DNA of 64,000 nt, from assembly GCA_951406725.2 (NCBI GenBank), contig OX597816.1:131750001-131814000 (forward strand). The letters are read 5' to 3'. The DNA is from Octopus vulgaris. Taxonomy: Eukaryota. This document shows, piece by piece, positions 14,173-27,372 of this stretch (position 1 is the stretch's first letter; the number at the start of each line of letters is the position of its first letter). The notes beneath the pieces were generated by a model. It worked only from the letters and a program-made list of their open reading frames with translations, did not search any database and was not told where the DNA came from. Position numbers and translations under genes: made by a program.

Positions 14173-15629
14173 TAAGGATAATATCTGGGTATAAATGGTC
14201 TTAAGGTATTTTAATATCATTTTGTTTGTTTACTTGATACCCTAATGTCATGAAGAAGCAAAGTATTGTGTTACATATCTGGAAAACATTGTTGTCTATA
14301 ATGGCGGTATTGTTGTCATTGTTGTTCTTTAATTCCAGGTCAAGCATACAAGCAGTGAACATCCTGTCCTTTTAAGTTTACACTATCTTATGGTTCCTTT
14401 CCTTATTCATGATAACACGATGTGATTTGAAAGAGCTTCGACTGTTCTACTGATATTTGTAGTATGTTGAGTGACTGCATAGAGGTGGCCTTGGCTCATT
14501 GGATATTGGGCTTCTTTATAGACTCACTACACCAGAGGTAAAACAAATAGGAAAGTAAGGGCAGTTGCTTTTGGTACAGTTTCCTCAGAGGCAGCTATCC
14601 TATGCACAATTGTAACCTCTCATCCCTACTAATTAAAATACGAACCTTCTAGAGCAGGCATTGGTACGCTTTTTCAAGAAATGGGCCACATGAGACTCGG
14701 TTCATCATCAGGCGGCCACACTACTAAAAAATTTCAAGTTAATTTTTCTTTGGTATGCTGTTCAGAAAGTCCCTTGGTCGATAGTTTGCTTATGACTGTT
14801 GTAGAGTATCTCTGCCTTTCAGGTACCGAGAATCTTTGCTATGTGACTGCAGGACATAGAGATAATCTTGCTGGTTTACTGCATAGAAACTCTCTCCCTA
14901 TGACACATCCTATAATGTAGTTTGAAGAGGGAACCCACTTTTTGCACTGAGAAGAAAGACTAAGGGCACATTTGAAGTAAAGTGGCTGGGAAATGGATTC
15001 ATATCTACATATTTCCATGTTTTGCTTAAAGAAGTTAACACATTTCTGTAGCATTGCCTTTCAAGTTTGAGTTCGAATCACAATAACAAGCTTAGCTGTT
15101 ATATCACCACTACAACTACTACTATCACACATTATATCCATCATCCTACCAAACACCACTAACATTATTATTATCATCATTGCTGATACCCTTATCATGA
15201 GCACCATCATCATTATCATCATCATCATTGTTGTGATTCTTATCATAATGAAACTAAAACCAGAGACTTTAAATAGTAGATCTGTGTTATACTTTCTACC
15301 CAACTTCATAGATGACATTGCAATCATGAAATCATGAATGTATGTACAATATTACACTGTTTCACATATGTAAAGTACTTTACCACTTTCTGAACAGAAA
15401 CCAAATGAAACTAGTATTTCATTTGACATCCATGCACTGATGACTCATATGCAATCTTCCTTTTCCGCATATCTTTCTCTGTATACTCAAGTTATTTTAT
15501 GTAGTCATCATCATCATCATCATCATCGTTTAGCGTCCGTTTTCCATGCTAGCATGTAGTTTCAGTAAATAGTAAATAGCAAAATCAATTTAAAACAACA
15601 ACTAAAAATAGTATTTTTTTTTACTAAAA

Positions 15630-16012
15630 GGTGCAGGTATGGCTGAGTGGTTAAGAAGCTTGTTTCTGGACAATGTGACCATGGGTTCAGTTCCACTGCA
15701 TGGCACCTTAGGCAAATGCCTTCTGATTAAAACTTTGTGAGTGGATTTGATAAATGGAAACTGAAAGAAGCCTATTGTGTGTGTGTGTGTATGTGTGTGT
15801 CTTTGTGTTTATGTTTGTTGTCTTCTCACCACCACTTGACAACCAGTGTTGGTTTGTTTACATCCCTATAACTTAGGCAGTTTTGCAAAAGAGACTGATA
15901 AAATAAGTATTAGGCTTAAAAATAAGTACTGGAGTCAATTTATTTGACTAAAACCCTTCAAGGAAGTGCCCCAGCATGGCCACAGTCTAGTGACTGAAAC
16001 AAGGAAAAGAGA
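15630..16012 (+). mobile_element. Major tRNA-derived SINE with internal GT microsatellite
   Basis: Same family as 40607-41011; more than 12 full or partial copies in the window. Confidence 0.85.
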
Positions 16013-16287
16013 AATGTTAACATTGATTTCTTTTGTTTAGACACAAAGTTGATTCTTGTCAGGAAATGTAAGGGACTGAATACAGTTAAGTATATTACTT
16101 ATTTTATGTTTGATAAAAAGAAAAAAGAAGAAAAAGAACAAATGCAAGACAAAATTAACCCTTGCAGGATTTGAACTCAGGAAACAGAGGGACAAGTAAA
16201 AATACTATTGGACTATTCACAGCATTTAATACATCAACTCACTGCATTTGTTGTCAGCTCAGAAGTTAGTATGGCTCAGATGGAAGT

Positions 16288-16565
16288 CATCATCAACATC
16301 AAGGCCGAGTTGGTAGCCAAGTTCAAGGAGGCGATCAATGACCTTCCCTGAGACAATATAAGGAATGCATGTACCAGATTCTAAAGCCATCTTGAGGCCA
16401 TGGTGGAAGCTGAGGGCAGCTACTATGAGTAAACTGTTATCTCCTAGCCATAAGCTAGTGGATATTTTTTCATCTCTTAAAATACTTCTTTTTTTATATT
16501 TGGGATGTGATATTGTGCTTTTATTTCTTTCTATGCAAACTGTCAAATTAAATCTGAACAACCTG
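16288..16565 (+). mobile_element. 3' fragment of a Tc1/maT transposon
   Basis: Translates ..NACTRF*SHLEAMVEAEGSYYE*; ends ACCTG|TA. Confidence 0.7.
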
Positions 16566-16915
16566 TATTTTATGGATGACTAGATAAAAAGGTAGTGTCA
16601 AGCCAGGGCAGGATTTGAAATCAGAAAAAATTCATCAAAATTTATTATATAATTCTGTGATTTTGTTAATTGTCATTGAGAAAAAAAGAAAGCTTTTTTT
16701 ACAAAGAGAAATGGTGTGCATTTAGACACAGATCACAACTGATATTAGAAATTTTTGTTTAACTTGTATTTATTTCATCTGAAAAGAGAGAAAATTTCTA
16801 GGTATTCAACTCAGTGACTGCTGCTCAAATGTGTGTGTGTGAATGCACACATGTGTATGCACATATGACTTTATAAATTTGCTGTGTGATTAAAAGCCTG
16901 GACTCTGCACTGTAA

Positions 16916-16955
16916 ATCAATAAATATACAAGTTAAAACTTGTATATTTATTGAT
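16916..16955. repeat. AT-rich palindrome (19-bp arms, 2-nt spacer)
   Basis: ATCAATAAATATACAAGTT-AA-AACTTGTATATTTATTGAT. Confidence 0.95.
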
Positions 16956-18134
16956 GTAATACATGCATTCAGTGTGTGCGAATGTGTGTATTATGAAACC
17001 TGACACTAAACAAAGAACTTAACTTGGTGATACACTGTTTTAACAAGTGGATAAATCTATACCTTATAAACACATCATACATTCACTTTCACACATATAC
17101 AAACAGCTTCTACTCCATGCGGCTGTCACTTAAAAATGCATATTGTTTTAACCCAGCTCTCACCTCCTCGTGTCTTGGGCTACCACACCTCCTCCTCCTC
17201 CTCCACCACCACCACCATTCTTCTCCCCTCCACTCTCTCTGTAACAATCTGTTTTGGCTCTTTGCTTTCAGATTGTCAACTTATTGCTATCTTTGAATTG
17301 ATAATTTAATCGCTTCATTTGACATTTTGTTTTCCTCACATCATCCCTTCTCTGCTTAAAGAGAACTTCCTGCAGTCATTTTCCAGAGATACGTGCATGC
17401 ATGAAGCTTAGGGCATGTGTAAACCTAATGAAAGAAGCCTTTTCTTAATCCATCTTTCGTCATCATCGCCAAGTCACCAACCGCCCCCTCTGCTATTATC
17501 CACACAATATAAACGAATAAATAATATATAAATGGTAGCTGTTAGCCATATTAAACTTTTGGAGTTTATCTTTGTTGTTATTTTTTAACAATTAGATCTG
17601 GCCAAGCAGATTTACAATCAAAGATATTCTAATCATGACCATCCTATTTTATTTATAGATATGAGTGAGTTTATCTAAAACTACATTATGAAATGTGTCC
17701 ATCTATTTTAAAGTTGGAAATTGTGATTTGAGGAATAGAAAATTTGACTGCTGTTTTCAGTAGATTGAGCTACTGTATAAAGACTGGCTCACTGGTTCAT
17801 TTGTTATCATTGTTAAGCATTTTTAGAGAAAATATGTTGGGAAATGAAATATTATTGTTTAATTTCCCAATGGTGAAGTAACAATTATCAAGTAAGTAAC
17901 ATTTTGACTTCGCAGCTGACATGATTATTTTCAATTGTATTATTGTTGATAGTGTTCTGTGCCTGGAATAAGACTTTGGAATTGCTTCTTTGACTGAGGC
18001 ACTCATTTACGACTAACACATGAAGTCATGACATGGAGATACAAAATATACACACACTCACACACAAATACATACTTATATACATACATACATGCATACA
18101 TACATACATACATACATACATACATACATACATA

Positions 18135-18560
18135 CATGTCACACATATGATTAGCAGCTGTCCATAAATGTCATTGAGGTACTACCTCTCTATGCAATAA
18201 TATTACATTGTTGAAAAACAATATGCAATGACATTAAAAAAAAAAAGAATACATATATAGTGTCCCCCTGTTATTGAATATGTACACAGACATCAACACA
18301 AGGAATACTGGTGGAGCATTCCCGTCAAAACATCTGTGAATTGTAAACAAAACAGCCCAGATATTATTGTCTGGGATAGACAAGAAAAAGTATGTACCAT
18401 CATAGAGGTCAGCTTTCCTTCTGATGTGAATGTCTCATTGGTAATCAAAGAGAGATAACTGCTTTAAAAACTTCAGCTTCTTTATCCAAATTATAAATTC
18501 ACATTAATGCCAATAATTGGTGCTGTTGGTTTTGTGAGTAAAATGCTTCAGTGACAATAT
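18135..18560 (+). mobile_element. Degraded RLE-type non-LTR retroelement C-terminal fragment
   Basis: Translates THMISSCP..RYYL.. and EYWWSIPVKTSVNCKQNSPDIIVWDRQEKVCTIIEVSFP..PIIGAVG (PD-D/E restriction-like endonuclease). Confidence 0.7.
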
Positions 18561-18569
18561 GGATAAGCT

Positions 18570-19053
18570 AGTTGTCCTAAAATATCACTTCACAAACCCT
18601 TTCGATCTTATTGACATAATCCAGAAACAAGCCAAGGCAAGATATCCAGTGCCAGGAATGTGGGAGCACCATGTTCTCAAGCACAAGCAAAAGATTCCCA
18701 AAATGTTCAGTGCCATTCCCCGCATATCTGGTTTTATATCAGAGTCACCTTCTCTTGGAGACATGCTTTAACAAAAGCTGAGCACTGCTTCACTCCTAGT
18801 GGTCTTCCAGCATGCTAGACACCAGCCAGAATTTCTGTGACCCCATGCTATTGTTAGAATGTCGTTTAGCCTATACTAAGTTCATCTGACCTTTTGACAG
18901 GTCTCGTTTTTAGTCCTACTGGGTTTCTAGCAACCCTCCTCACCAAGCAAGCCTAGTGGGATGCCGGTTTAGTTACTGACGACCTGACCATGTGACAGGT
19001 TGTACTAGATTCCATATTGCCAGAAGCACTCATGAGAGACCTCACACGTGACC
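18570..19053 (-). mobile_element. Putative 5' end/UTR of an RTE-clade LINE
   Basis: Starts beside (CATA)n with an HDV-like fold. Carries GAGAAGGTGACTCTGATATAAAACC, resembling RTE 5'UTR motifs as I recall them. Confidence 0.45.
18964..19053 (-). ncRNA. Decayed HDV-like self-cleaving ribozyme
   Basis: P1 GGTCACG/CATGGTC, P2 CTAGT/ACCGG, CC in L3, small P4, J4/2 CTAA. Confidence 0.45.
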
Positions 19054-21627
19054 TGACTATACATACATACATACATACATACATACATACATACATACAT
19101 ACATACATACATACATACATGCATACATCATTCTCTATATCTGACTTAAATGTAGATGTACATAGAGAAAGCCACAAAACTGTTGTACTTTTCTTGTGAA
19201 AACTACTCATGACAATGAGAACTATAAAAGTGTATCAGTAGTAGATAAAAAAATACAGCTAAGTAGTACTAAAGTGCATTAGTAGTAGATGTAAAGTGTC
19301 CAGCAGCAGTGGTGGAATCACTAAATCATGATTTTTGTCTTTGCATGGCATCAGTAGCAAGTATCTGCTATCAACCACATGCTTAGATGAATTTAGCCTT
19401 TATTGATAAACATTGACTAAATAATCACCAGAGTTGCAAACAGTTGGTGGACTGGATAAAAATTTGTCATTAACAACAGGAGCAGTATTGTTTCAGAATA
19501 GGGTTCTGTGTATCTTACTTGACATGGATATATTGTAGAAAGCAGAGAACTGCAGTTTTTGTCTCAAGAAAGCATCTCATATTGACATATAATGCAAAAA
19601 AGCATAGAAGTGTATCTGCAGCAGATAAAAAGTGCCCAGCAGTAGTGATGGAATTACTAAATCATGATTTCTGTATCTTTGCACATAGTCTTCTTTCAAT
19701 TAACATCTACCAAAGGCTTTGGTTGGTCCAAGGCTATTATAGAAGACACTTGCCCAAGGTGCCATACAGTGAGACTACCCAAGACCATGTGCTTGGGAAG
19801 CAAACTCCTCTTTAAACACAGCCAGGCCTGCACCTATGTGTATATTTATATATATCAAAAAATTACTATTTAGAATTAGATAGTTGACAGTTAACCAATG
19901 CTTAGACCTCCCAGTTGAGCATTAAGCTTAATATTGTCATCTGATTTTCTTTTGGTATTAAACGCATTTGAATAATTTACAGTGTACTTCTGAGAGCAGA
20001 CTAAACCAGGAGATCCAGTTAGACTCTTTACTATAAATTACATAATTTTTACACTAGTGTATATTAGTATATTGTGTGGTAATCATTAAATGATTACACA
20101 GTCACCTTAGAATGTTAGATCTTCAGAAGAAAATAGTAACTTAATCCATTGTTAATTACCAACCCCAGTAATGAAGCTGCAAGAACAAATTCCTTAAGGT
20201 AGCTGTAACCATATTGCATTAAACCTGGGGCAGGTATGCATTTGTATCAAACCTTGTTTTCTTGTGTCTCTGTCCTTCATCATGTCATATATGATTCTAA
20301 TTTTGATCAAAGGTTTTCTTGGTTTATCTTTGTTAGGATAACTTTCATTACATCTTATAAGATTACATCAAAACAATCATCTTTTCTCTGCATAGCTCAA
20401 TATTTTCATCGCCCAGTGGATTTCTCAACACCTCTACAATAAAACCTTTTTTAATACAAGCTATTGAGTGAGCCTCTACAAATCACTTGATTGGTTAGAA
20501 AGAGCAGTGGAATCTCTTTCAAATTTCACTTTTCCCCTCACTTATCTGTATCCTTCATATTATTCATATTGTACCCACTCCCTCAGGCCCTGCAGTAATC
20601 ATATCACTTCCAGTCTTTCTATATTGATCTCACTAGGATCAGGGAGAAGGCCTGCAAAAGTCATGTGTGCTGCCCTTTATGCCATACCAGTTGAATAAAA
20701 AGGAAAGGGTTTGATCTAATAATGTACTTGTAAAAAAGAAAGAATTGCCACAGTTGGAACATCTTTGATCATAGATCTGCTCATTCAGAGTTTGCCTTGA
20801 ACTAAACACCATGAACACTCTTGGGGGTTAGCACATTTTAAGCAGAGAACATATTTAACTCATTCCTTTTCTTTTGATGCAGGTCTTATGTGATCACTAA
20901 TCTGGATTCACTCCTAAATAATATAAAATTTCTTCCTTTACATGTGACATATATAATCTGACTGACTTTATACACAGAGAAATCCTACAAAACCTGTTAA
21001 ACATCAAATGAATGGAATTAAGAATGCATCTAAACCAAATAATCAGCTGCTTAAACAAGCGTAGAAACTGTCAAATGTGTTTCAGTAGCTGGTTTATTAC
21101 AAAGGATAATGAATACAAAAATATTTGAAGTGGTTTTTGTTTGGTCTAAAAGTATTAAATCATCATTTATGTCCATATGTTTCATACCTAGATAAACCAA
21201 TAAAAGTTTATTTTTAGATACTTACTCTGTGTTTAGAATTATTTTCTCAATATTTGCAATCAAACTAATTCATCATCCTCATTACCATAATCACTGCCAA
21301 CACCATCCTCCTCATCATCATTTAACATCCAGCTTCGGTGTTGTTACGGGCAACATGATTTGACAAGAGTTGGAGAGTTGCATTATACACCATAGCTGGA
21401 TGCTCTTTAAGACCAACCATTTTACAGAGTGCATAGGGTGTATTTTCCATGGCAATGGTACTAGTGATGGTAACTTCCACAGTTAAAGCCTTGAAGTGGC
21501 CTCTAAAACTCAAACAAACAGAAGAGAGATTGGGTAATGAACCTCAATTCAAGGGGTGAGGAAGGGCAGTAAATTTACTATATCATTGAAGTAACCATAA
21601 AACTTTATGTGTGTGTTTGTGTGTGTA

Positions 21628-21660
<33 letters not shown>

Positions 21661-21954
21661 ATGTGTGCGCATATGTGTGTGTGTGCATGTTTGAGTCTGT
21701 GTGTGTCTGTGTGTGTGTGTGTTTCTCTTTGTTTTGGTATTGCATTCTGGTTGTGAGTGTCACCATCATGCAAGCAGTGTCTTTCATTTCCAGTCTTCCA
21801 TGAAAACATGTCTGGCCAAGAGGAAATATTATTTTTTTCAGAGACAGAGGAAGGTTGGTTACAAGAAGGGTGTCTGACCAAAGAAAATCTGCTTCGAGAA
21901 TTCTATCTGAAGACTGCAAACAATAAAAAGTGGATGTTAAAATGATGACAACTA

Positions 21955-22362
21955 ATTCTTTTTCTTTTATTCTTTTATTTGTTTCACTCATTTGACCGCG
22001 ACCATGCTGGAGCACCACCTTTAGTTGAACAAATCAACCTCCAAGACTTATTCTTTGTAAGCTTAGTGCTTATTCTATCGGTCTCTTTTGCCGAAGCGCT
22101 AAGTTACACAAACATAAACACACGAGCATCGGTTGTCAAGCAATGTTAGGGGTACAAACATAGACACACACACATTTATGTATGACTGGTTTCTCTAAAT
22201 TTCTGTCTACCAAATCCACTCACAAGGCTATAGTAGAAGACACTTGCCCAAGGTGCTCACGAGGCTATAGTAGAAGACACTTGCCCAAGGTGCTACACAG
22301 TGGGACTGAACCAGGAGCCTTATGGTAGGTAAGCAATCTACTTACCACAGCCACCCCTGCAC
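21955..22362 (-). mobile_element. Major tRNA-derived SINE
   Basis: Reverse complement of the 40607-41011 family, with an internal ~35-bp tandem duplication at 22225-22293. Confidence 0.85.
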
Positions 22363-22638
22363 CTAATGATTATTATGATAACAACAACAACAACAACAAC
22401 AACAACAATAATGGTGATGATGATAATAATCCTTTCTACTATAGGTACAAGGCCTGAAACTTATGGGTGAAGGCTAACCAATTACATCAACTCCAGTATT
22501 CAACTGGTGCTTATTTCATCAGCCCCAAAAGGATGAAAGGCAAAGTCAATCTCAGAGGAATTTGAACTCAGAACGTTAAGATGGACAAAATACCACTAAG
22601 CATTTCATTCGCTAACAATTCTGCCAGTTCCCTGCCTA

Positions 22639-22677
<39 letters not shown>

Positions 22678-22678
<1 letters not shown>

Positions 22679-23213
22679 GTACCAGGCAGTGGCTCTCATG
22701 GCTTCTGATCTTAACTGATTGGAAGTGTTATCATGTACATTGTTTTGTCTTAGTATAAAAGATGGGCTACAGCAAATATTCTGCTCAATACCACAGATTT
22801 GCTTGTCAGTTGTTTGACCTAACCAGTTGAGCATGTCCCTTAGTGGCTGACGATATGTGCATCTCTGATCACGATCAGAAGTAGTGGGGGAGCATCATAG
22901 CCATGTGTTGAGAAGGATTCTTTGGGGTTTGAATAATTCACATCTGGAAACATGGGTGTTTCGTTCAACGTCCTTAAACAACCCTTATTCAGGGACCTTT
23001 TGAGCGGGATGGGTTACTCGATCTGAAGAAAATTCTAACTGGGCTCCACCTGCAAGGTCATGTTTATCTTGATATGAGATCACCATGTCGCACATATAGT
23101 TGTGATGCATGTGCCTGGTGTACCCTTATCAGATGGGTAGTCATGATGGGTATACTGGGCTTCGTATATTTTACCCCAGTATCACTTTGATGGCATGCTC
23201 TGCTCGCTCACTC
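22678..23213 (+). mobile_element. Unclassified (TAA)n-inserted interspersed repeat ('element X')
   Basis: Flanked by (TAA)n on both sides. Closely similar copy at 45253-45500 (-); partial copy at 42810-42978. Confidence 0.75.
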
Positions 23214-23709
<496 letters not shown>

Positions 23710-23710
<1 letters not shown>

Positions 23711-24495
23711 TGAGAAGCTCAGGACTCAAAGCAGAAACAGAGGGATTTTTAATTGCAGCACAAGACCAAAGCCTCCCCACCAGAAATTACCAAAAACATG
23801 TAATGAAAAGAAATATTACAAGTAACTGCAGAATATGTGGAGATGGACAAGAAACAATAAATCATATTATCTCTAGCTGCCCAGTCCTGGCTAAGAAGGA
23901 ATATATTCACAGACATGACAGAGTTGGAACCTACATACATTGGAAGCTATGCCAACATTATGGAATAACAACAGAAAAAAGATGGTATAGGCACACACCA
24001 GAAAAGGTCACAGAAAACGAGAAAGCAACCATACTCTGGGATATGCCGATACACACAGATAGAGAAATTAAGGCCAACAGACCAGATATAGTTGTCAGAG
24101 ATCATGAAGAAAAAAATGCTTTCTAATTGATGTATCAATACCGGCAGATGACAACGTGTCTCTAAAAGAAATGGAGAAACTCTCAAAATACAAAGACCTG
24201 GAAATAGAGGTAACTAGAATGTGGAATCTGAAAACAGAAACAATTCCTATCATAGTAGGTGCATTAGGCATGATAAAAAAATATTCAGACAAATACATAA
24301 CAAAAACACCAGGACTTACAAACACATATAACATACAGAAAATTGCACTACTAGGCACTGCACACATCCTACGCAGAACACTTTCCATTCAATAACTGTC
24401 AGAGCATCACAACAAATCACAGCACATACCCAAGGCACACAGAGCTGCGCTCGGTAGTGAAGTGAAAGCACGCTATAAAAATAAAACTACTGAAC
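23710..24495 (+). mobile_element. R4/Dong-clade non-LTR retrotransposon, 5'-truncated (CCHC knuckle + RLE endonuclease + 3'UTR)
   Basis: ORFs 23710-24126 and 24156-24395: CRICGDGQETINHIISSC, RHD, NRPDIVV, EKLSKYKDL, PIIVGALG. One frameshift in the A-run near 24110. Sits within (TAA)n, the known Dong target. Confidence 0.9.
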
Positions 24496-24581
<86 letters not shown>

Positions 24582-24953
24582 TTACTTATAATAGTAAGAT
24601 TAAGAAAGAGGGAATTGTTTGTCATGCAATTTATGGATTTGAAGTATCTATCCACAACTTGTGTAGCAAAAAGGGATTAAACTCCTTTCTAAACAGCTTG
24701 AACATACATGAAGAAAATCTCCTTGAGAATAATACAACCTTTTCTTTTAGATACATACTCAAAAACAAATATTCCCTATAGTTATTATCAACAACAACAA
24801 CAATGATTCACTTAAAGGAATGTGGTTTCTTCTTGTTCAGCAACTAGTTTTTGGTAAAAACTAATAAACAATAAGCAAGAATATGATGAATTACTAACAC
24901 ATGAAAATAAACTATCTTAGAATTTGGTATTGCTGATGTCATTTTAGTAAAGA

Positions 24954-25345
24954 CTAGCAGTATCGCCCAGCGTTGCTCAGGTTTGTTTCGACCCTTTAGA
25001 ATTGTCATTTTTAAAAAGTAAAAATTTTGCATTATGTAGCTTGTTATTCTCTTTAAGTGAACATTTTTCTGGTTTAAATACACTGAAAAATGGCGACACA
25101 GGAGACAAAAAGTCGTAAAAAATAGGGATTTTCATAGAAAAAAAGCACCTTTTTGATGTAAATAATTTTTGGTCTTAACATGGTCCGATTTGAATTTTTT
25201 CTTCTATGGAAGAAAGAGCAAGCCTTCTTCTATCATACTCTCAATTTTGGTCAACTTGCGCCGCAGGGTCTTGGAGGAGATAGTGTTAGTTGAAGGCTAC
25301 CAAACCTGCCATACACAGACAACGTCAGCTTTATATAGAGAGAGA
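24954..25345 (-). mobile_element. Non-autonomous Helitron
   Basis: Minus strand runs A|TCTCTCTCTATATAAAG ... CCTGAGCAACGCTGGG (subterminal hairpin) ..CTAG|T; no TSD. Confidence 0.85.
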
Positions 25346-25789
25346 TTAGCTGAAAATTGTACAGCTGTCCACACAAATGCTGCCTTGCTGTAGATATTTT
25401 TCTGACCAACAACATTAGTTTGATGTTTATAAAACTAATAGTGCCTGTTGAATTGCATCTCACACATACACTATAAATTTGTGTTGCAAAATACCTACTT
25501 ATCTATGTTGTAAGCATGCTGTGTGTGTGCATGCCTGCATGTGTGTGTGTGTATGTGTCTGCGCATGTGCATGCAAGTGTGTGTGCATGCCTGCATGTGT
25601 ATGTGTATGTGTGTGCGCATGTGTGTGTGTGTGTATGTGTGTTCTAAGCATGCTACATTTTTGCATGTTACAAATTTATTACATATATCTGTGTTTGAAA
25701 ATGTGTATATAGATAGTATGTAAATGTGTATATAGAGCAAGAAAGTAAGATAGACATAAATGGGTTTTGTGAGTGGGTGTATACGTACA

Positions 25790-26311
25790 ATATTGTTTTA
25801 AGAAGATGAAGATCTTGTTTTGTGTGTGATGTTGCTTGTTTACTGGGCCTAAGCCACTCATTACACTGCTTCATATTGATGTAAAGGCACCATTCTTCAT
25901 CACCAGTAATGATTCGGTAAAGAAATTGTTGCTTGTGTCCATGAGTTGAGTGGTGATGAGCAAGCAAACCAGCGGAGATTCTGGCTCTGTGATTTTTGTT
26001 ATCACTTAAAGCATGCGGAACCCATACTCCATACTTCCAAACCTTTCCCATCGAGTGAAGATGCTTCTCTATAGCAGTGTGGGAGCATTCCATTTTCTCT
26101 GCCAATTCCCTTATTTGACGAGAATTTTCATGCAAAATTTGGTTTAATTGCTCTTCATCAAACTCAACTAGACAGCCAGAATAAGGTGCGTTTTGAGGTC
26201 AAAATTTCCATTTTTGAACTTAGCATACCAATCATGAGCAGTTCCTTCAGCTATGGCACCCTCTCCATACACAGCACAAATGTTGCAAGCAGCTTTTGCA
26301 GCCTTTGAACC
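25790..26311 (-). mobile_element. mariner transposase 5' half (pseudogene)
   Basis: WYAKFKNGNFDL, WVPHAL, RIITGDEEW motifs (ORF 25668-26135 and upstream). Confidence 0.85.
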
Positions 26312-26640
26312 TTGGTCTGTAGAAAAGACGTAGATAGAAACTCCATAAGATGTACCCAGTGTAAGCTATGGAAACATAAGAGGTGCAGCAATATCAAAGG
26401 AAGGCTAACTGGGAAAATAGTTTTTGTATGTGGCAAATGCTCAGGAGCAATAAACACTGAAAATGTGCAGAGAAAAGCTTCTGTCACATTCCAGGGAGAA
26501 AAACTACAAATAGTTGATAGATTCTGTTACCTAGGTGACCTAGTCAGCAGCAGGGGTGGATGCTCTGAAAGTGTAGCCGCTAGAATAAGAATAGCCTGGA
26601 CAAAGTTCAGAGAGCACTTACCTCTGTTGGTGACAAAGAG
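26312..26640 (+). mobile_element. RTE LINE internal fragment (PHD finger + CYLG motif)
   Basis: ORF 26312-26740: NSIRCTQCKLWKHKRC..CGKC..FCYLGD..RIRIAWTKF. Confidence 0.85.
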
Positions 26641-27260
26641 GGTTAAGCAACCAAATGAAGACTCCCACATTGGTTTGATTGCTTACATAGTTTCTTATTG
26701 TTCTGTATGTGTTGATTCTCTGTTAGTCATATTTAAATAATGTACTACATATTATATATTTCCTTTAAAATGTCTCACCTATGTTATTTCTGTACACTGA
26801 ACGTGGCATTTTCAGTTTGTTGAGATTTGCATGTTTCAACTACCAGACATTAATCTCTTCTAAGTTTGCCTTCAATGACTTAATTCAAGTCCTTAGTATC
26901 CAGTGTATGTATAGTTAAGTGTTACTTTCATAGACACAATACAATGAGCTTAAGACCTTTATACTGTTCCTTATTCTCCTAATAATTAAAATATTCGCGC
27001 ATGTGTGAGTGAGTCAGTGTGTTGAATGTAGTGTAGTATTATTATCTTTTATTTTTTTATCTGTTTCAGTCATTAGACTGTGGTCATGCTGGGGCACCAC
27101 CATAAAATTTTAGTTTAATGAATTGATCTCAGTACTTAATATTTTTAACCCTGGAACTTATTCTATAGGTCTTTTTTGCTGAACTGCTAAGTTACGGGAA
27201 AGTAAGCACACCAACACTGGTTGTCAAACTGTGGTCAGTGGTAGGACACAAACACAGACA

Positions 27261-27361
<101 letters not shown>

Positions 27362-27372
27362 ACTCACACATA

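Noticed and set aside
14656-14730. hAT-like left terminus (CAGGCATTGG..GGGCCACAT)
   Set aside because: No matching right TIR or TSD found
20883-20961. Candidate exon after a strong acceptor (TTTTCTTTTGATGCAG)
   Set aside because: Short frame ending in a stop, no good donor and no recognisable peptide
26820-26905. Possible decayed minus-strand hammerhead (GGATA-CTAAGGA..GAAACATGCA)
   Set aside because: Needs several substitutions in both core and stems; not supportable from this copy
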